A stretch of DNA of 63,999 nucleotides from Octopus sinensis (lineage: Eukaryota): positions 112,964,002-113,028,000 of the forward strand of contig NC_042998.1 in the NCBI RefSeq assembly GCF_006345805.1, written 5' to 3'. Made by a program: the position numbers and the translations under genes. The notes under the pieces are model-generated. The model was not told where the DNA came from. It saw nothing but the letters and a program-made list of their open reading frames with translations, and did not search any database. Positions 1 to 12,979 of the stretch are shown here, piece after piece; within the stretch, counting starts at the first letter, position 1; each line of letters opens with the position of its first letter.

Positions 1-770
1 TTTGTTTTGTGTAGGGAGACCACAGTGGACAGCAGTATTCAAGGTGGGGTCGGGCAAAGTGGAGAAGAGAAGGATAATAGCGTGGGAATCTCTCGACTGG
101 GAAGGTTCTGAGATCCAGGAACACATTCTGAGGGGCAATGTCAACTTTGCTGCTATATGTGTAGCCCAGCTTATGTTGTTGTCCAAGTTACCCAGGTCTC
201 TGAGTTGGATGCCATGAGAATTTCTCCAGAAGGAAGAGAGTAGAGTATGGAGTTTCAGAGCGTCCTCCCTTCCAAAGTGGACAGTTCGAATTTGTCTTCA
301 TTAGCAACATGTTATTCTTTTCCGCCCATTGGACAACAGCCAGTAGGTCTGACTGAAGGTTTATTCGGTCATCCACGCCATTGATGACATCTGGAGCTTG
401 GAATCATCAGCGAAGGTTCTGATTTGAGTGTTGATGGTGTGTGATGGTGTGTCAGTAATATCTTTATGTAGAAGATGAAGAGGAAGTGGGCCCCACACAG
501 TGCCTGTGGGACACCACTGCGACTTGCTTTGGCTGGGCTGGATTTGACTCCTTCGACTAAAACATGCTGGTTCTGTTAGAGAGGAAAGGCACTTGATCCA
601 TTGCAGCAGCTTTCCAGTGACACCAAATTGGGACGCTTCTCAGAAGGATCTTATGATACCCTGTCAAACGGCCTTGATGAAATCAAGGTAGATGACATCA
701 GTGTTGGGACCCTTCCCAAGGCTCCAAAATGTATCAAAATGATTGCAGTAGCTGCGTCAAGCAATCTCTC
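1..770 (-). mobile_element. CR1/Jockey-group LINE reverse transcriptase fragment, decayed
   Basis: The minus strand carries frameshifted RT motifs: DFxKAFDRV (~655-690), SGVPQ..GP.LF (~470-520), TFADDSK (~395-418) and W...N.M (ORF 188-376). Confidence 0.8.
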
Positions 771-774
771 CCAA

Positions 775-1082
775 TATATACAATATATATGATATATAAT
801 ATGGATATATATATGATATATATGTAATAATATGTATATATAATGTAGATATATAGTATATGTATTATATATTATATATATATATATATATATGTTATAT
901 AATATATATATATGTAATATATATGTATTAGATATGTATATATATATATATATGTAATAGTATATATAGATATGTATATATATGTATAGATATGTATCTA
1001 TATGTATATATAATTATATATGTATATAATATATATATATATGTATATATATGTATATATATATATTATATGTATATATATG

Positions 1083-1113
<31 letters not shown>

Positions 1114-1235
1114 GTATATATATATATGTATATATATATATGTATATATTATATATATGTATATATATGTATATATATATGTATATAATATATGTATATT
1201 ATATATGTATATATATATATGTATATATATATATG

Positions 1236-1282
<47 letters not shown>

Positions 1283-1526
1283 GTATATATATATGTATAT
1301 ATATAGGTTTATATATATATATATATATGTCTATATATATGTATATATATATGTATATATATGTATATATATATGTATAATATATGTATATATATATGTA
1401 TATATATATATATGTATATATATATATGTAGATATATATATATATATATGTATATATATTGTATATATATATGTATATATATATGTATATATATATGTAT
1501 AGATATATAATATGTATATATATATG

Positions 1527-1561
<35 letters not shown>

Positions 1562-1602
1562 GTATATATAGGTATATATGTATATATATTAGTATATATA
1601 TG

Positions 1603-1640
<38 letters not shown>

Positions 1641-1849
1641 TGTATATATATTATGTATTATATATATATATGTATATATATGTATAATATATATATATAT
1701 GTATATAATATATATATATGTATATATATGTATATATATGTATATAATATATATATATATGTATATATAGTAATATATATTATATGATGTATAATATATA
1801 TATATATGTATATATATGTATATAGTATATATATATATGTATATATATG

Positions 1850-1903
<54 letters not shown>

Positions 1904-2276
1904 ATATGTATATATATGTATATATATGTATATATGTATATATATTTATGTTATATGTATATATTGTATATATATGTATATATCTATGTATATATATGTA
2001 TATATATATATGTATATATATATGTATATATATATATGTATATATATAATATATATATAAGTATATATATATATATATGTATATATATATGTATATTTAT
2101 ATATATATATGTATATGTATATATTATATATATATATTATGTATATATATATATATGTATATATATGTATATATATATATGTATTACTATATATGTATAT
2201 CTGTATATATTATATATATGTTATAATAGTATATATATAATGTATATTATATGTTATATATATGTATATATATATG

Positions 2277-2327
<51 letters not shown>

Positions 2328-2623
2328 GTATATAATATATGTATATATATATATGTAATATAATATGTATATATATATGTAATATATATGTTATATACTA
2401 TGTATATATATATGTATATATATATGTATATATATATGTTATTATATATAATATAGTATATATATGTATATATATATATGTATATATATATATTGTTATA
2501 TATATGATATATATATGTATATATATATGTATATATATGTATATATATATGTATATATATATATGTTATATATATGTATATAATATATATTATGTATATA
2601 TATATGTATATATATATGTATTA

Positions 2624-2700
<77 letters not shown>

Positions 2701-2823
2701 ATATAAATATAATATGTTATATATGTATATATATATGTATATATATGTATATATATATGTATATATTGTATATATATATATTATAGTATATATATGTATA
2801 TATATATGTATATATATAGTATA

Positions 2824-2855
<32 letters not shown>

Positions 2856-2958
2856 GTATATATATATATGTATATATATATGTATATATATATGTGTATA
2901 TATATATGTATATATATATGTATATATATATGTGTATATATATGTGTATATATATATG

Positions 2959-2991
<33 letters not shown>

Positions 2992-3057
2992 GTATATATA
3001 TATGTATATATAATGTATATAATATGTATATTATATATATATATGTATATATATATG

Positions 3058-3132
<75 letters not shown>

Positions 3133-3282
3133 GTATATATATATGTATATATATATATGTATATATATATGTATATATATATATTGTATATATATATGTA
3201 TATATACATGTATATATATATATGTATATATATATGTATATATATATGTATATATATATATGTGTATATATATATGTGTATA

Positions 3283-3331
<49 letters not shown>

Positions 3332-4053
3332 GTATATATATATGTATATATATATATGTATATATATATATATAATATAATACATGTATATATATATGTA
3401 TATATATATAGGTATATATATATATGTATATATATATGTGTATATATTATATATGTATAATATATTATGTATTATATATATGTATATATATATGTATATA
3501 TATATGTATATATATATGTATATATATATGTATATATATATGTATATATATATATGTATATATATATGTATATATATATATGTATATATATATATGTATA
3601 TATATATGTATATATATATATGTATATATATATATGTAGATATATGTATATGTATATAAGTATATATATATATGTATAATATATGTATATATATATAGTG
3701 ATATATATATATGTATATATATATATGTATATATATATGTATAATATATATGTATATATATTATATGTATATATATATGTATATATATATGTATATATAT
3801 ATATGTATATATATATATGTATATATATATATATGTGTATATATATGTATATATATATATGTATATAATATATGTATATATATATGTATATATATATGTA
3901 TATATATATATATGTATATATATATGTATATATATGTATATATATATATATATGTGTATATATATGTTATATATAGTATTTATATATGTATATATATGTA
4001 TATATATATGTATATATATGTATTATATATGTATATATATGTATATATATATG

Positions 4054-4111
<58 letters not shown>

Positions 4112-4527
4112 TGTATTATATATATGTATATATATGTATATTATATGTATATATATGTATATATATATGTATATATAATGTATATATATATGTATATATA
4201 TATGTATATATAATGTATATATATGATATGTATATATATAGTATATATATATGTATATATATATATGTGTATATATATGTATATATATATGTATATGTAT
4301 ATATATATATGTATATATATATGTTATATATATATATATGTATATATATGTATATATATATATATGTATATGTATATATATATGTATATTATATATATGT
4401 ATATATATATATATTTATATATATGTATATATATATATATGTATATATATGTATATGTATATAGTATATGTATGTATATATATGTATATGTATGTATATA
4501 TTATATATATGTATATGTATATGTATA

Positions 4528-4568
<41 letters not shown>

Positions 4569-4668
4569 TATATATGTATATGTATATATATATGTATATG
4601 TATATGTATATATATATGTATATGTATATGTATATATATATATGTATATTATATGTATATATATAATG

Positions 4669-4705
<37 letters not shown>

Positions 4706-4890
4706 GTATATATGTATTATGTATATATATGTATATATGTATATATATATATGATATATATATGTATATATATATATATGTATATATATGTTATATATAT
4801 ATGTATGTAATATATATATGTATATATAATTATATATAGTATGTATATATATATATTTATATATTATATGTATGTAATATATATATGTAT
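775..4890. repeat. Giant imperfect (TA)n/(TATG) microsatellite, about 4.1 kb
   Basis: Directly visible TA/TG alternation. All Y/I/M/C/V-rich ORFs here are artefacts of the repeat. Confidence 0.97.
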
Positions 4891-5885
4891 ATATATGTAT
4901 ACGTGTATGTATATACATATATATATATATATATGTATGTATACGTGTATGTATATACATACATATATATATATATGTATGTATACGTGTATGTATATAC
5001 ATACATATATATATATATGTATGTATACGTGTATGTATATACATACATATATATATATATGTATGTATACGTGTATGTATATACATACATATATATATAT
5101 ATGTATGTATACGTGTATGTATATACATACATATATATATATATGTATGTATACGTGTATGTATATACATACATATATTATATATGTATGTATAGTGTAT
5201 GTATATACATACATATATATATATATGTATGTATACGTGTATGTATATACATACATATATATATATATGTATGTATACGTGTATGTATATACATACATAT
5301 ATATATATATGTATGTATACGTGTATGTATATACATACATATATATATATATGTATGTATACGTGTATGTATATACATACATATATATATATGTATGTAT
5401 ACGTGTATGTATATACATACATATATATATATGTATGTATACGTGTATGTATATACATATATGTATGTATACGTGTATGTATATACATAAATGTATGTAT
5501 ACATGTATGTATATACATATATGTATGTATACGTGTATGTATATACATATATGTATGTATACGTGTATGTATATACATATATGTATGTATACGTGTATGT
5601 ATATACATATATGTATGTATACGTGTATGTATATACATATATGTATGTATACGTGTATATATATATATATGTATGTATACGTGTATGTATATATATATAT
5701 GTATGTATACGTGTATGTATATATATATATGTATGTATACGTGTATGTATATATATATATGTATGTATACGTGTATATATATATATATGTATGTTACGTG
5801 TATGTATATATATATATATATGTATGTATACGTGTATGTATATATATATATATGTATGTATACGTGTATGTATATACATATATAT
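4890..5885. repeat. Minisatellite with core ATGTATGTATACGTGTATGTATATACAT, about 27 units
   Basis: ACGTG recurs at 4901, 4943, 4985, 5027... (42-bp period), then 5401/5441 (40 bp), then 5471, 5531, 5561... (30-bp period). Confidence 0.9.
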
Positions 5886-5894
5886 ATGTACAAC

Positions 5895-6077
5895 ATTCGA
5901 GCATAAAATCACCCACTACACTCTTGTAGTGGTTGGCATTAGGAAGGGCATCCAGCTGTAGAAACCCTGCCAGATCAGATTGCTGCCTGATGCAGCCATC
6001 TGGCTCACCAGTCCTCAGTCAAACCGTCCAACCTATGCCAGCATGGAAAGCAGAAGTTAAACGATGATGATAATGAT
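5895..6077 (+). mobile_element. RTE LINE 3' tail (5'-truncated copy)
   Basis: Matches 11810-11983 (cacccactacactc...ttggc.ttaggaagggcatccagctgtagaaac...gcatggaaagc...ttaa) and ends in (GAT)n. Confidence 0.85.
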
Positions 6078-6080
6078 GTG

Positions 6081-6111
<31 letters not shown>

Positions 6112-6182
6112 ATGTACATATATATATATGTGTGTGTATATACATATATATATATATATGTACATATGTGTGTGTGTGTTGT

Positions 6183-6760
6183 TACCTTGACTTTTCTAAA
6201 GCTTTTAATTCTGTGCCACAGAAAAGACATGGCAAAGCTCTCTGCAATGGATGTGACAGATGATCTTTTTAATTCTCAGCCGAAAAGAGGTAAGTCACAG
6301 TTCTAGGACAGTATTCATCACCCTATGAGATGTCATCTGGTGTACCGCAGGGATTTGTTCTTGGTCCCCTTTTTTTTGTGCATGCATTTTGATATAGCTG
6401 CCAACTTAAAGAATACCACAGTGCTGAAATACCACAGTGCAGAGGACAAGTTGTACTATGAGATAAGAAGGACAGATCCTGAACACTATAAATCTTTCCT
6501 GCGATCGGACATGGACACAATGCAGCAATGAATCATGGACTGAAGCTGGCTGTGGACAAATGTACCATGCATTTTGAGAGGAAAAACCCTAGCACCCACA
6601 TACTCTCTCCACAACACTAATGTCAAGAAGTCTTCTTGTGAATGAGACCTGGGCATTATTGTCAGCAGCGATTTGCACTGGACACAGCACATCTCTAAAG
6701 TTGTTAAGAAGGCCCAGACATGAATGTGTCTGTGGCTTATGACTGGTGAAATTTTCCCAA
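6183..6760 (+). mobile_element. CR1-like RT fragment, decayed
   Basis: YLDFSKAFNSVP at 6183, SSGVPQG.VLGP at ~6333, and a *DLGI (ERDLGI-like) motif at ~6643. Confidence 0.75.
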
Positions 6761-7348
6761 AGTTTGCAAACTTTAAAAGATTTATTGCAAAAATAAATTT
6801 CAAAGCAATGATTAGCATATAAAACTATATCATTAAACTAAATATGAAATCAATACAAGTAGGAATTGAAGAAACTGAAAATTGGCAGCCAAACGGAAAA
6901 TATCTCAATTCTTTTCAAATAGTCATATATCAGACACTACAATAGCATGTTGTGAGGGAGAAAAAGAAGGAAAGGAAAAATAACATCAATGCCACACTAT
7001 GTGCTTCAATTGGTCAAACACAACACGGTTCAACAGAACCTAGTATAAAGAGAAATAGATTGATGGTGATAGAGAGTTATCAATTTAAAAGTCGAGTTAT
7101 TTCTCATAGCAAATTGTATTTTTTTTTTTACTATTATTTACAGATTACCTTCTCTTTGAGATGCAAAGTCAAATTCATTTTTGTCAAGGACACACTGTTT
7201 CAGAGCCTTTCGGGGGTCACTGATATGGACATAACCACATACACTCAAATATGAATATATATATATAGAAAGAGAGAGAGGGAGTAAGATAGCTAGTTGT
7301 AAAGTCTCAATAAGAGATGAGAGTAGTAACTATACTAATAAGTAAAGT

Positions 7349-7586
7349 TAATCACCACACCAATGTGGCTGTTCCATGTTACTACTAGTTTAACCCCAGA
7401 TCTGCCTGGGTTAAACTAGTAGCAACATGGAACAGCCACATAGATGTGCTGATTACTTATATACAAAAGGATACACAGACAAGTAAAAGAACAACAAACA
7501 GAATGTATTTGCTTAGATCTCTTCCGTTTTTCCTGTGTGTTAAACTAATACATTCTGTTGTTCTTCCACTTGTTTTTCCTTGTATA
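7349..7586. repeat. Two adjacent inverted repeats (hairpins 7349-7455 and 7460-7586)
   Basis: atgtggctgttccatgttactactagtttaaccc pairs with gggttaaactagtagcaacatggaacagccacat. The second pair is tatacaa...aacagaatgtatt / aatacattctgtt...ttgtata. Confidence 0.85.
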
Positions 7587-7616
7587 TTTTTTGACCGCAC
7601 ATAAACCAAATCTATA

Positions 7617-7782
7617 GGCATAGCTGTGTGGTAAGAAGTTTTCTTTCTCAACTACATGATTCTAGGTTTAGTCCCACCGCATGGTATCTTGGACAAGAGT
7701 CTTCTATTATAGATTTGGGGAACCAAAGCTTTGTGAGCAGACTTGTTTGTGTATGAACAATGGAAACTGAAAGAAGCTTGTC

Positions 7783-7814
<32 letters not shown>

Positions 7815-8000
7815 ATATTTATGAGTGTATGTCTTTGTGTCTGTGTTTGTCACCCCCCCCCCCAACCTTCCCTTGACAACTGTGTTTATATCCCCATAAC
7901 TTAGTGATTTGGTAAAAGAGACTGATAGAATATGTACTAGACTTACAAAGAGTAAGTACTGGGGCCAGTTTCTTCGACTAAAAAACCCTTTAAGGCAGTG
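7617..8000 (+). mobile_element. tRNA-derived SINE (octopus-type, internal microsatellite)
   Basis: Pol III A-box-like ggcatagctgtgtggtaag head and a degenerate B-box. The same family is on the - strand at 42810-43245. Confidence 0.75.
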
Positions 8001-8004
8001 GCAA

Positions 8005-8589
8005 TGAAACATGGACCGTGACTGCTAAAGACATATGTAAGCTTGCAAGGAATGAAGCTAGTATGCTTCACTGAATGTGTAATGTCAGTGTGCATACACA
8101 ACAGTGTAAATGCCCTGAGAGAAAAGTTTGACATAAGAAGCATCAGATGTGGTGTGCAAAAAAGACAACTGCGCTGGTACTGTCATGCTATTGGAGATAT
8201 GCTATGCTTGAGAAGACCTGGCAAGCCAAGTGAGACCGTAACCAAGGCCTATGCCAGTGCAGCACAACCAGCCCATCTAAGAGTACCCTTCAGTCGTTAG
8301 GCAATAAACTGCACTTGCAAAGACCTGTTGAGTTAAGTGAAGTCATTGTTGTGGTCAATGACTACCGCCTGACTGGCACGTAAAAAGCACCATTCAAGCA
8401 TGGGCATTGCCAGTGCCACCTGACTGGCTCCCGTAAAAAGCACCCACTACACTCTCGGAGTGGTTGGCACTAGAAACTCTGCCAGATCAGATTGGAGCCT
8501 GGTGCAGCTTTCTGGCTTGCCAGCCTTCAATCAAAGCACCCAACCCATGCCAGCATGCAAAGCAGACGTTAAACGATGATGATGATGAT
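8005..8589 (+). mobile_element. 5'-truncated, internally deleted RTE LINE copy
   Basis: Homologous to 11050-11983 (gtgactgct..gacat.tgtaagcttgcaaggaatgaagc; QLRWY; same 3' UTR) with a (GAT)n tail. Confidence 0.85.
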
Positions 8590-8714
8590 ATATTCATCAT
8601 GTTGAATCCTTACACATTTTGTGTCTTGCTCCATTTTTTTCATTCTCTCTTTTTTTTTACCTCTTCGTCAGAGTATGTGACAGAATACTTAAGATTAGAT
8701 TAGTGCTTCATCAT

Positions 8715-11700
8715 GGGTTAGCAACCATTATCTCGACCTATGCCCCTCAGCCAGGGCTACCCAATGGACAGAAAGACTGATTCTATGATACCCTCTTGCA
8801 AACTACTGCGTTGACGAATGACAGGGACCTTCTATTTGTGGCTAGTGACTTCAATAGACATGTTGGACAACATGCCGGGGGGCTTCCATGGCGGCTACGG
8901 TTTTGGCTCCTGCAATGAGGAGGAAGCCAGGCTGCTGGAGTTCTGCGATGCAAATGATCTTATGGTTTGCAATACCAACTTCAAAAAACCTGCCAGTCAC
9001 CTACCATTCTGGCAGACACACTAGCCAAATTGACTACATCCTCACCAGAAGAAGGGAAAGAAGGGCTGCTTATAAATGCCAAAACCTTCCTAGGCAAAGA
9101 ATGTACCCCACATCATAGACTGGTAGTTATTGACTTCACAATCAGGGCTAAGTGGATGCCCAGAAGATGATCAGCATGGAGGAGAAGGGTCTGGAAGCTT
9201 AAAGATCCTGTAAATGGACAAAGATTTAGAGACATATTACTCGAAGACTTTGACGAAATAGAAGGGGATATAGCTTCACACAATGTAGAGGACAACTGGA
9301 GGTTTCTACGGAATAATCTGCTGAAGGCCACTGACCAGATCTGTGGATGGTGCAAAGTCCCCTCTCGACCCAAAATAACATGGTGGTGGAACAATTGTTG
9401 TTGACAGGGCTATTAGAGAAAATAAACGGGCGTGGAAGGACTGGAAGAATGGTGGTAGCAGGGAATTGTATCAGACTGCCAGAAGGGAAACTAGGAGGCA
9501 GGTTTATTTAGCCAGAGGGGAAGCAGATAAGAAAAAATTTGCCAATGTTCTGCACTGTGAGGACCAAAGACTTGAGGTATTTCATGTTGCAAGACAGTGT
9601 GTGAGAGAGAATCATGACATTGTAGGAGAGAAATGTGTTCGCATGGATGATGGTTCACTTGCACTAGATGAGGCTGCAATGATGGAGGTTTGGAGACGCC
9701 ACTATGAAAGGTTGCTCAATAAAGAAAATGAATGGGAGAAAGAGAGTCTGCTGAATGTCAATCCAACAGAGGGACCAGCTATCCAAGTTGACAGTACCTT
9801 GGTAGATAAAGCAATTAAGAGTATGAAGACAGGGAAAACTCCCATCAGGAATCACTGTAGAAATGCTTAAAATATCTGGCAATGTTGACTATAGCCTAGT
9901 CACCCGTATAGTTAACCAGGTGATACACGAAGGAGTTATACCCAATGACTGGTGTAGCAGCATCATAGTCAACTGCTACAAAGGTAAAGGTGACGCTCTA
10001 GATACAAATAATTACAGAGGTATCAAGTTGTTAGATCAGGTAATGAAGGTCAAGGAGAGGGTCATAGCCCAACTAATTAGGGAGAGAGTCAGTTTTGATG
10101 AGATGCAGTTTGGGTCCATACCAGGGAAAAGCACCACTGATGCTATATTTCTGGTAAGACAGCTGCAGGAGAAATACCTAGCTAAAGATAAGCCCCTGTA
10201 CCTGGTTTTTGTTGACATGGAGAAAGCCTATGACAGGGTCCCCCGATCCCTTATCTGGTGGTCAATGAGGAAACTAGGGATAGATGAATGGTTAATGAGA
10301 ACTGTGCAAGCCATGTTCAGGGACGTTGTCAGTATGGTGAGGGTTGGCAACGAGTACAGTGAAGAATTGCGGGTGGAGGTAGGGGTCCACCAAGGTTCAG
10401 TCCTTAGCCCCCTCCTATTTATCATAGTCCTCCAGGCAATAACAGAGGAATTCAAGACAGGATGCCCCTGGGAGCTCCTCTATGCTGACGACCTTGCTCT
10501 AATTGCTGAGTCACTATCAGAACTAGAGAAGTTTCAGGTGTGGAAACAAGGATTAGAATCGAAGGGCTTTAGAGTCAACCTAGCTAAAACCAAAGTCCTA
10601 ATAAATAGGAAGGCTGGCAAACCACAAATCCCTTCAGGTAGATGGCCCTGCTCGATCTGTAGAAAAGGCATAGATAGAAACTTAAAAAGATGTACCCAGT
10701 GTAATCTATGAACACATAAGAGGTGCAGCAATATCAAAGGAAGGCTAACAGGGAAGATAGTTTTTGTATGTGGCAGATGCTCAGGAGCAATAAACACTGA
10801 AAATGTACACAGAACAACTTCTACCACATTCCAGGGAGAAAAACTAGAAGTAGTTGATAGCTTCCATTACCTAGGTGATCAAATCAGTAGCAGGGGAGGG
10901 TGTGCTGAAAGTGTAGCCGCTAGAATAAGAATAGCCTGGACAAAGTTCAGAGAGCTCTTTCCTCTGCTGGTGACAAAGGGCCTCTCATTCAGAGTAAAAG
11001 GTAGACTGTATGACGCATGTGTATGAACCGCCATGCTACATGGCAGTGAAACATGGGCTGTGACTGCTGAGGACATGTGTAAGCTTGCAAGGAATGAAGC
11101 CAGTATGATCCAATGGACGTGTAATGTCAGTGTGCATACTCGACAGAGTGTAAGTGTGAGAGAAAAGTTGGACCTAAGACACATCAGATGTAGTGTGCAA
11201 GAGAGATGATTGCGCTGGTATGGTCATGTGGTGAGAATGGATGAGGATAGCTGTGTGAAAAAGTGCCATACTCTAGTGGTTTAGGGAACCTGTGGAAGAG
11301 GTAGACCCAGGAAGACCTTCGAACATAAGCCTCACCAAGGCAATGACTAGTGACCGAGACTTTTGGAAATATGCTGTGCTTGAGAAGACCCAGCAAGCCA
11401 AATGAGACCATAACCTCGTGACCTATGCCAGGGGTGTAACCAGCCACTTATGCATACCTTTCCTTCATTGAACACTAAACGCTACTTGTGAAGACCTGTT
11501 GAGGCAAGTGAAATCGAAATCAAATTCGATGACTGGTATCTGTGCTAGTGGAGCGCTAAGAGCACCATCCAAGCGTGATCGTTGCCAGAGCAGTTGACTG
11601 GCTTCTGTGCCGGTGGCACATGAAAAGCACCATTTGAGCATGATCGTTACCAGCGTCACCTTACTGGCACATGAAAAAAACATTCGAGTGAGGTCGCTGC

Positions 11701-11983
11701 CAGTGCCGCTGGACTGGTCTCCTGTACAGGAGGCACGTACAAATCACCATTTGAGTGTAGCCGTTGCCAGTACCACCTGACTGGCCCTTGTGCCGGTGGC
11801 ATGTAAAAGCACCCACTACACTCTTGGAGTGGTTGGCGTTAGGAAGGGCATCCAGCTGTAGAAACTCTGCCAGATCAAGATTGGAGCCTGGTGCAGCCAT
11901 CTGGTTCGCCAGTCTTCAGTCAAATCATCCAACCCATGCTAGCATGGAAAGCGGACGTTAAATGATGATGATGATGATGATGA
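8715..11983 (+). mobile_element. RTE-clade LINE, near full ORF (APE C-term + RT + PHD insertion + C-term) with stops/frameshifts, repeat-containing 3' UTR
   Basis: APE motifs YAPQ, xDFN, QIDYIL and HRLV; RT motifs NYRGIKLL, QFG, FVDMEKAYD, GVHQGSVLSPLLF, YADD and YLG; (GAT)n tail ends at 11983. Confidence 0.93.
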
Positions 11984-11986
11984 ATC

Positions 11987-12110
11987 CTTTCTGTTGAAGA
12001 GCGCAGGCTCAAAAAGTCAGTCTTTTCTAGTCTTCCAGTGCATTAAACTAATACACCTGCTTGTTGTTCCTTCACTTGTCTTCGTCTTTTATCCTCTGTA
12101 TAATTGAACT
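11987..12110 (+). mobile_element. Short Penelope-pLTR-like repeat with degenerate hammerhead motif
   Basis: Same family as 31830-31995 (-): cttt CTGTTGAA gagc....gctc followed by aaactaatacacctgcttgttgttc. Confidence 0.55.
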
Positions 12111-12513
12111 ATGTATATCTATGTGTGTATGTATAATTTATTTTTTATAGGTAAATTTTTTCTTTATATAGAGGACACACCGAAGTGCTCAAGACATTTG
12201 AGCCATAGGAAAAAATAATGATGAGAAACAAAATACTGGTTACCAATAAGCATTAAAAATTATGTGCACAAAATCATACAGTAAAAATATATTGATATAT
12301 AAATGCATTAAAAATACATTAAAAAATATAAATATATCGATACAAATACACTAAGATTATACAAATATTTAGACCTACTTAGAATAAAAGCAATATTAAA
12401 AATATACAAATAGAATGGGTGGAGTATTTGTGTGTGTACATATATTGAATCTTCCGTATGTTAACATGTACCTCCTTATGACAATGTAAGCTTCATTTAA
12501 TCAAGATAAAATT

Positions 12514-12597
12514 GACCTGAAGGATAACCAGTGATGTACACCTCGCTTCAATATTTTCCACTTTGGAGGTTCCACTCGCTATGAAACGTATGTAGTC
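12514..12597 (+). ncRNA. Type I minimal hammerhead ribozyme motif (degenerate) upstream of Penelope ORF
   Basis: gac-CTGAAGG-ataac...gctat-GAAA-cgtatg-TA-gtc: stem I gac/gtc, long stem II, near-palindromic loop III. One core deviation (A9 to G). Confidence 0.65.
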
Positions 12598-12979
12598 TAG
12601 ATTTTATCTAATCCATTCTTTAAATCTTGTATTTAATTCGCATACCCAGCAACCTTGGCTACCTCCCATGAAATTTCAAATAATAATTTTTTTTTTCCAG
12701 TTTATCGTACTTCGATATAAAAATAATCCATGAGCTCCCGCTTCAATAAACCGCTATTGTTCGTGATGGTTGCTTTTTATATTTCTACAGATTGCTTGAA
12801 GCTCACCTTCTTGCTACACCTCGGTACTTAGATCTTACATGTATGCACACACACATACACAAATATGTACCGCAATAGGGCACACCACCACAAGGAACAA
12901 ATACAAAATAGCTACTGTCCCAACCACCGCAATCATTTTTTAAACCTAATACACAAACACAGAGACACAAGATAACACC

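Noticed and set aside
4890-5885. Regular repeat resembling a CRISPR array
   Set aside because: No unique spacers, no cas genes, eukaryotic context; it is a minisatellite.
992-5961. Dozens of long ORFs (up to 415 aa) rich in Y/I/M/C/V/H/T
   Set aside because: Translations of stop-free TA/TG repeats. The same applies to ORFs at 36.4-36.8, 43.8-44.2, 45.8-46.1, 52.3-53.6, 61.3-61.7 and 63.0-63.3 kb.
7617-7690. tRNA genes at SINE heads
   Set aside because: A/B boxes are degenerate, there is no cloverleaf, and each continues into a SINE body.
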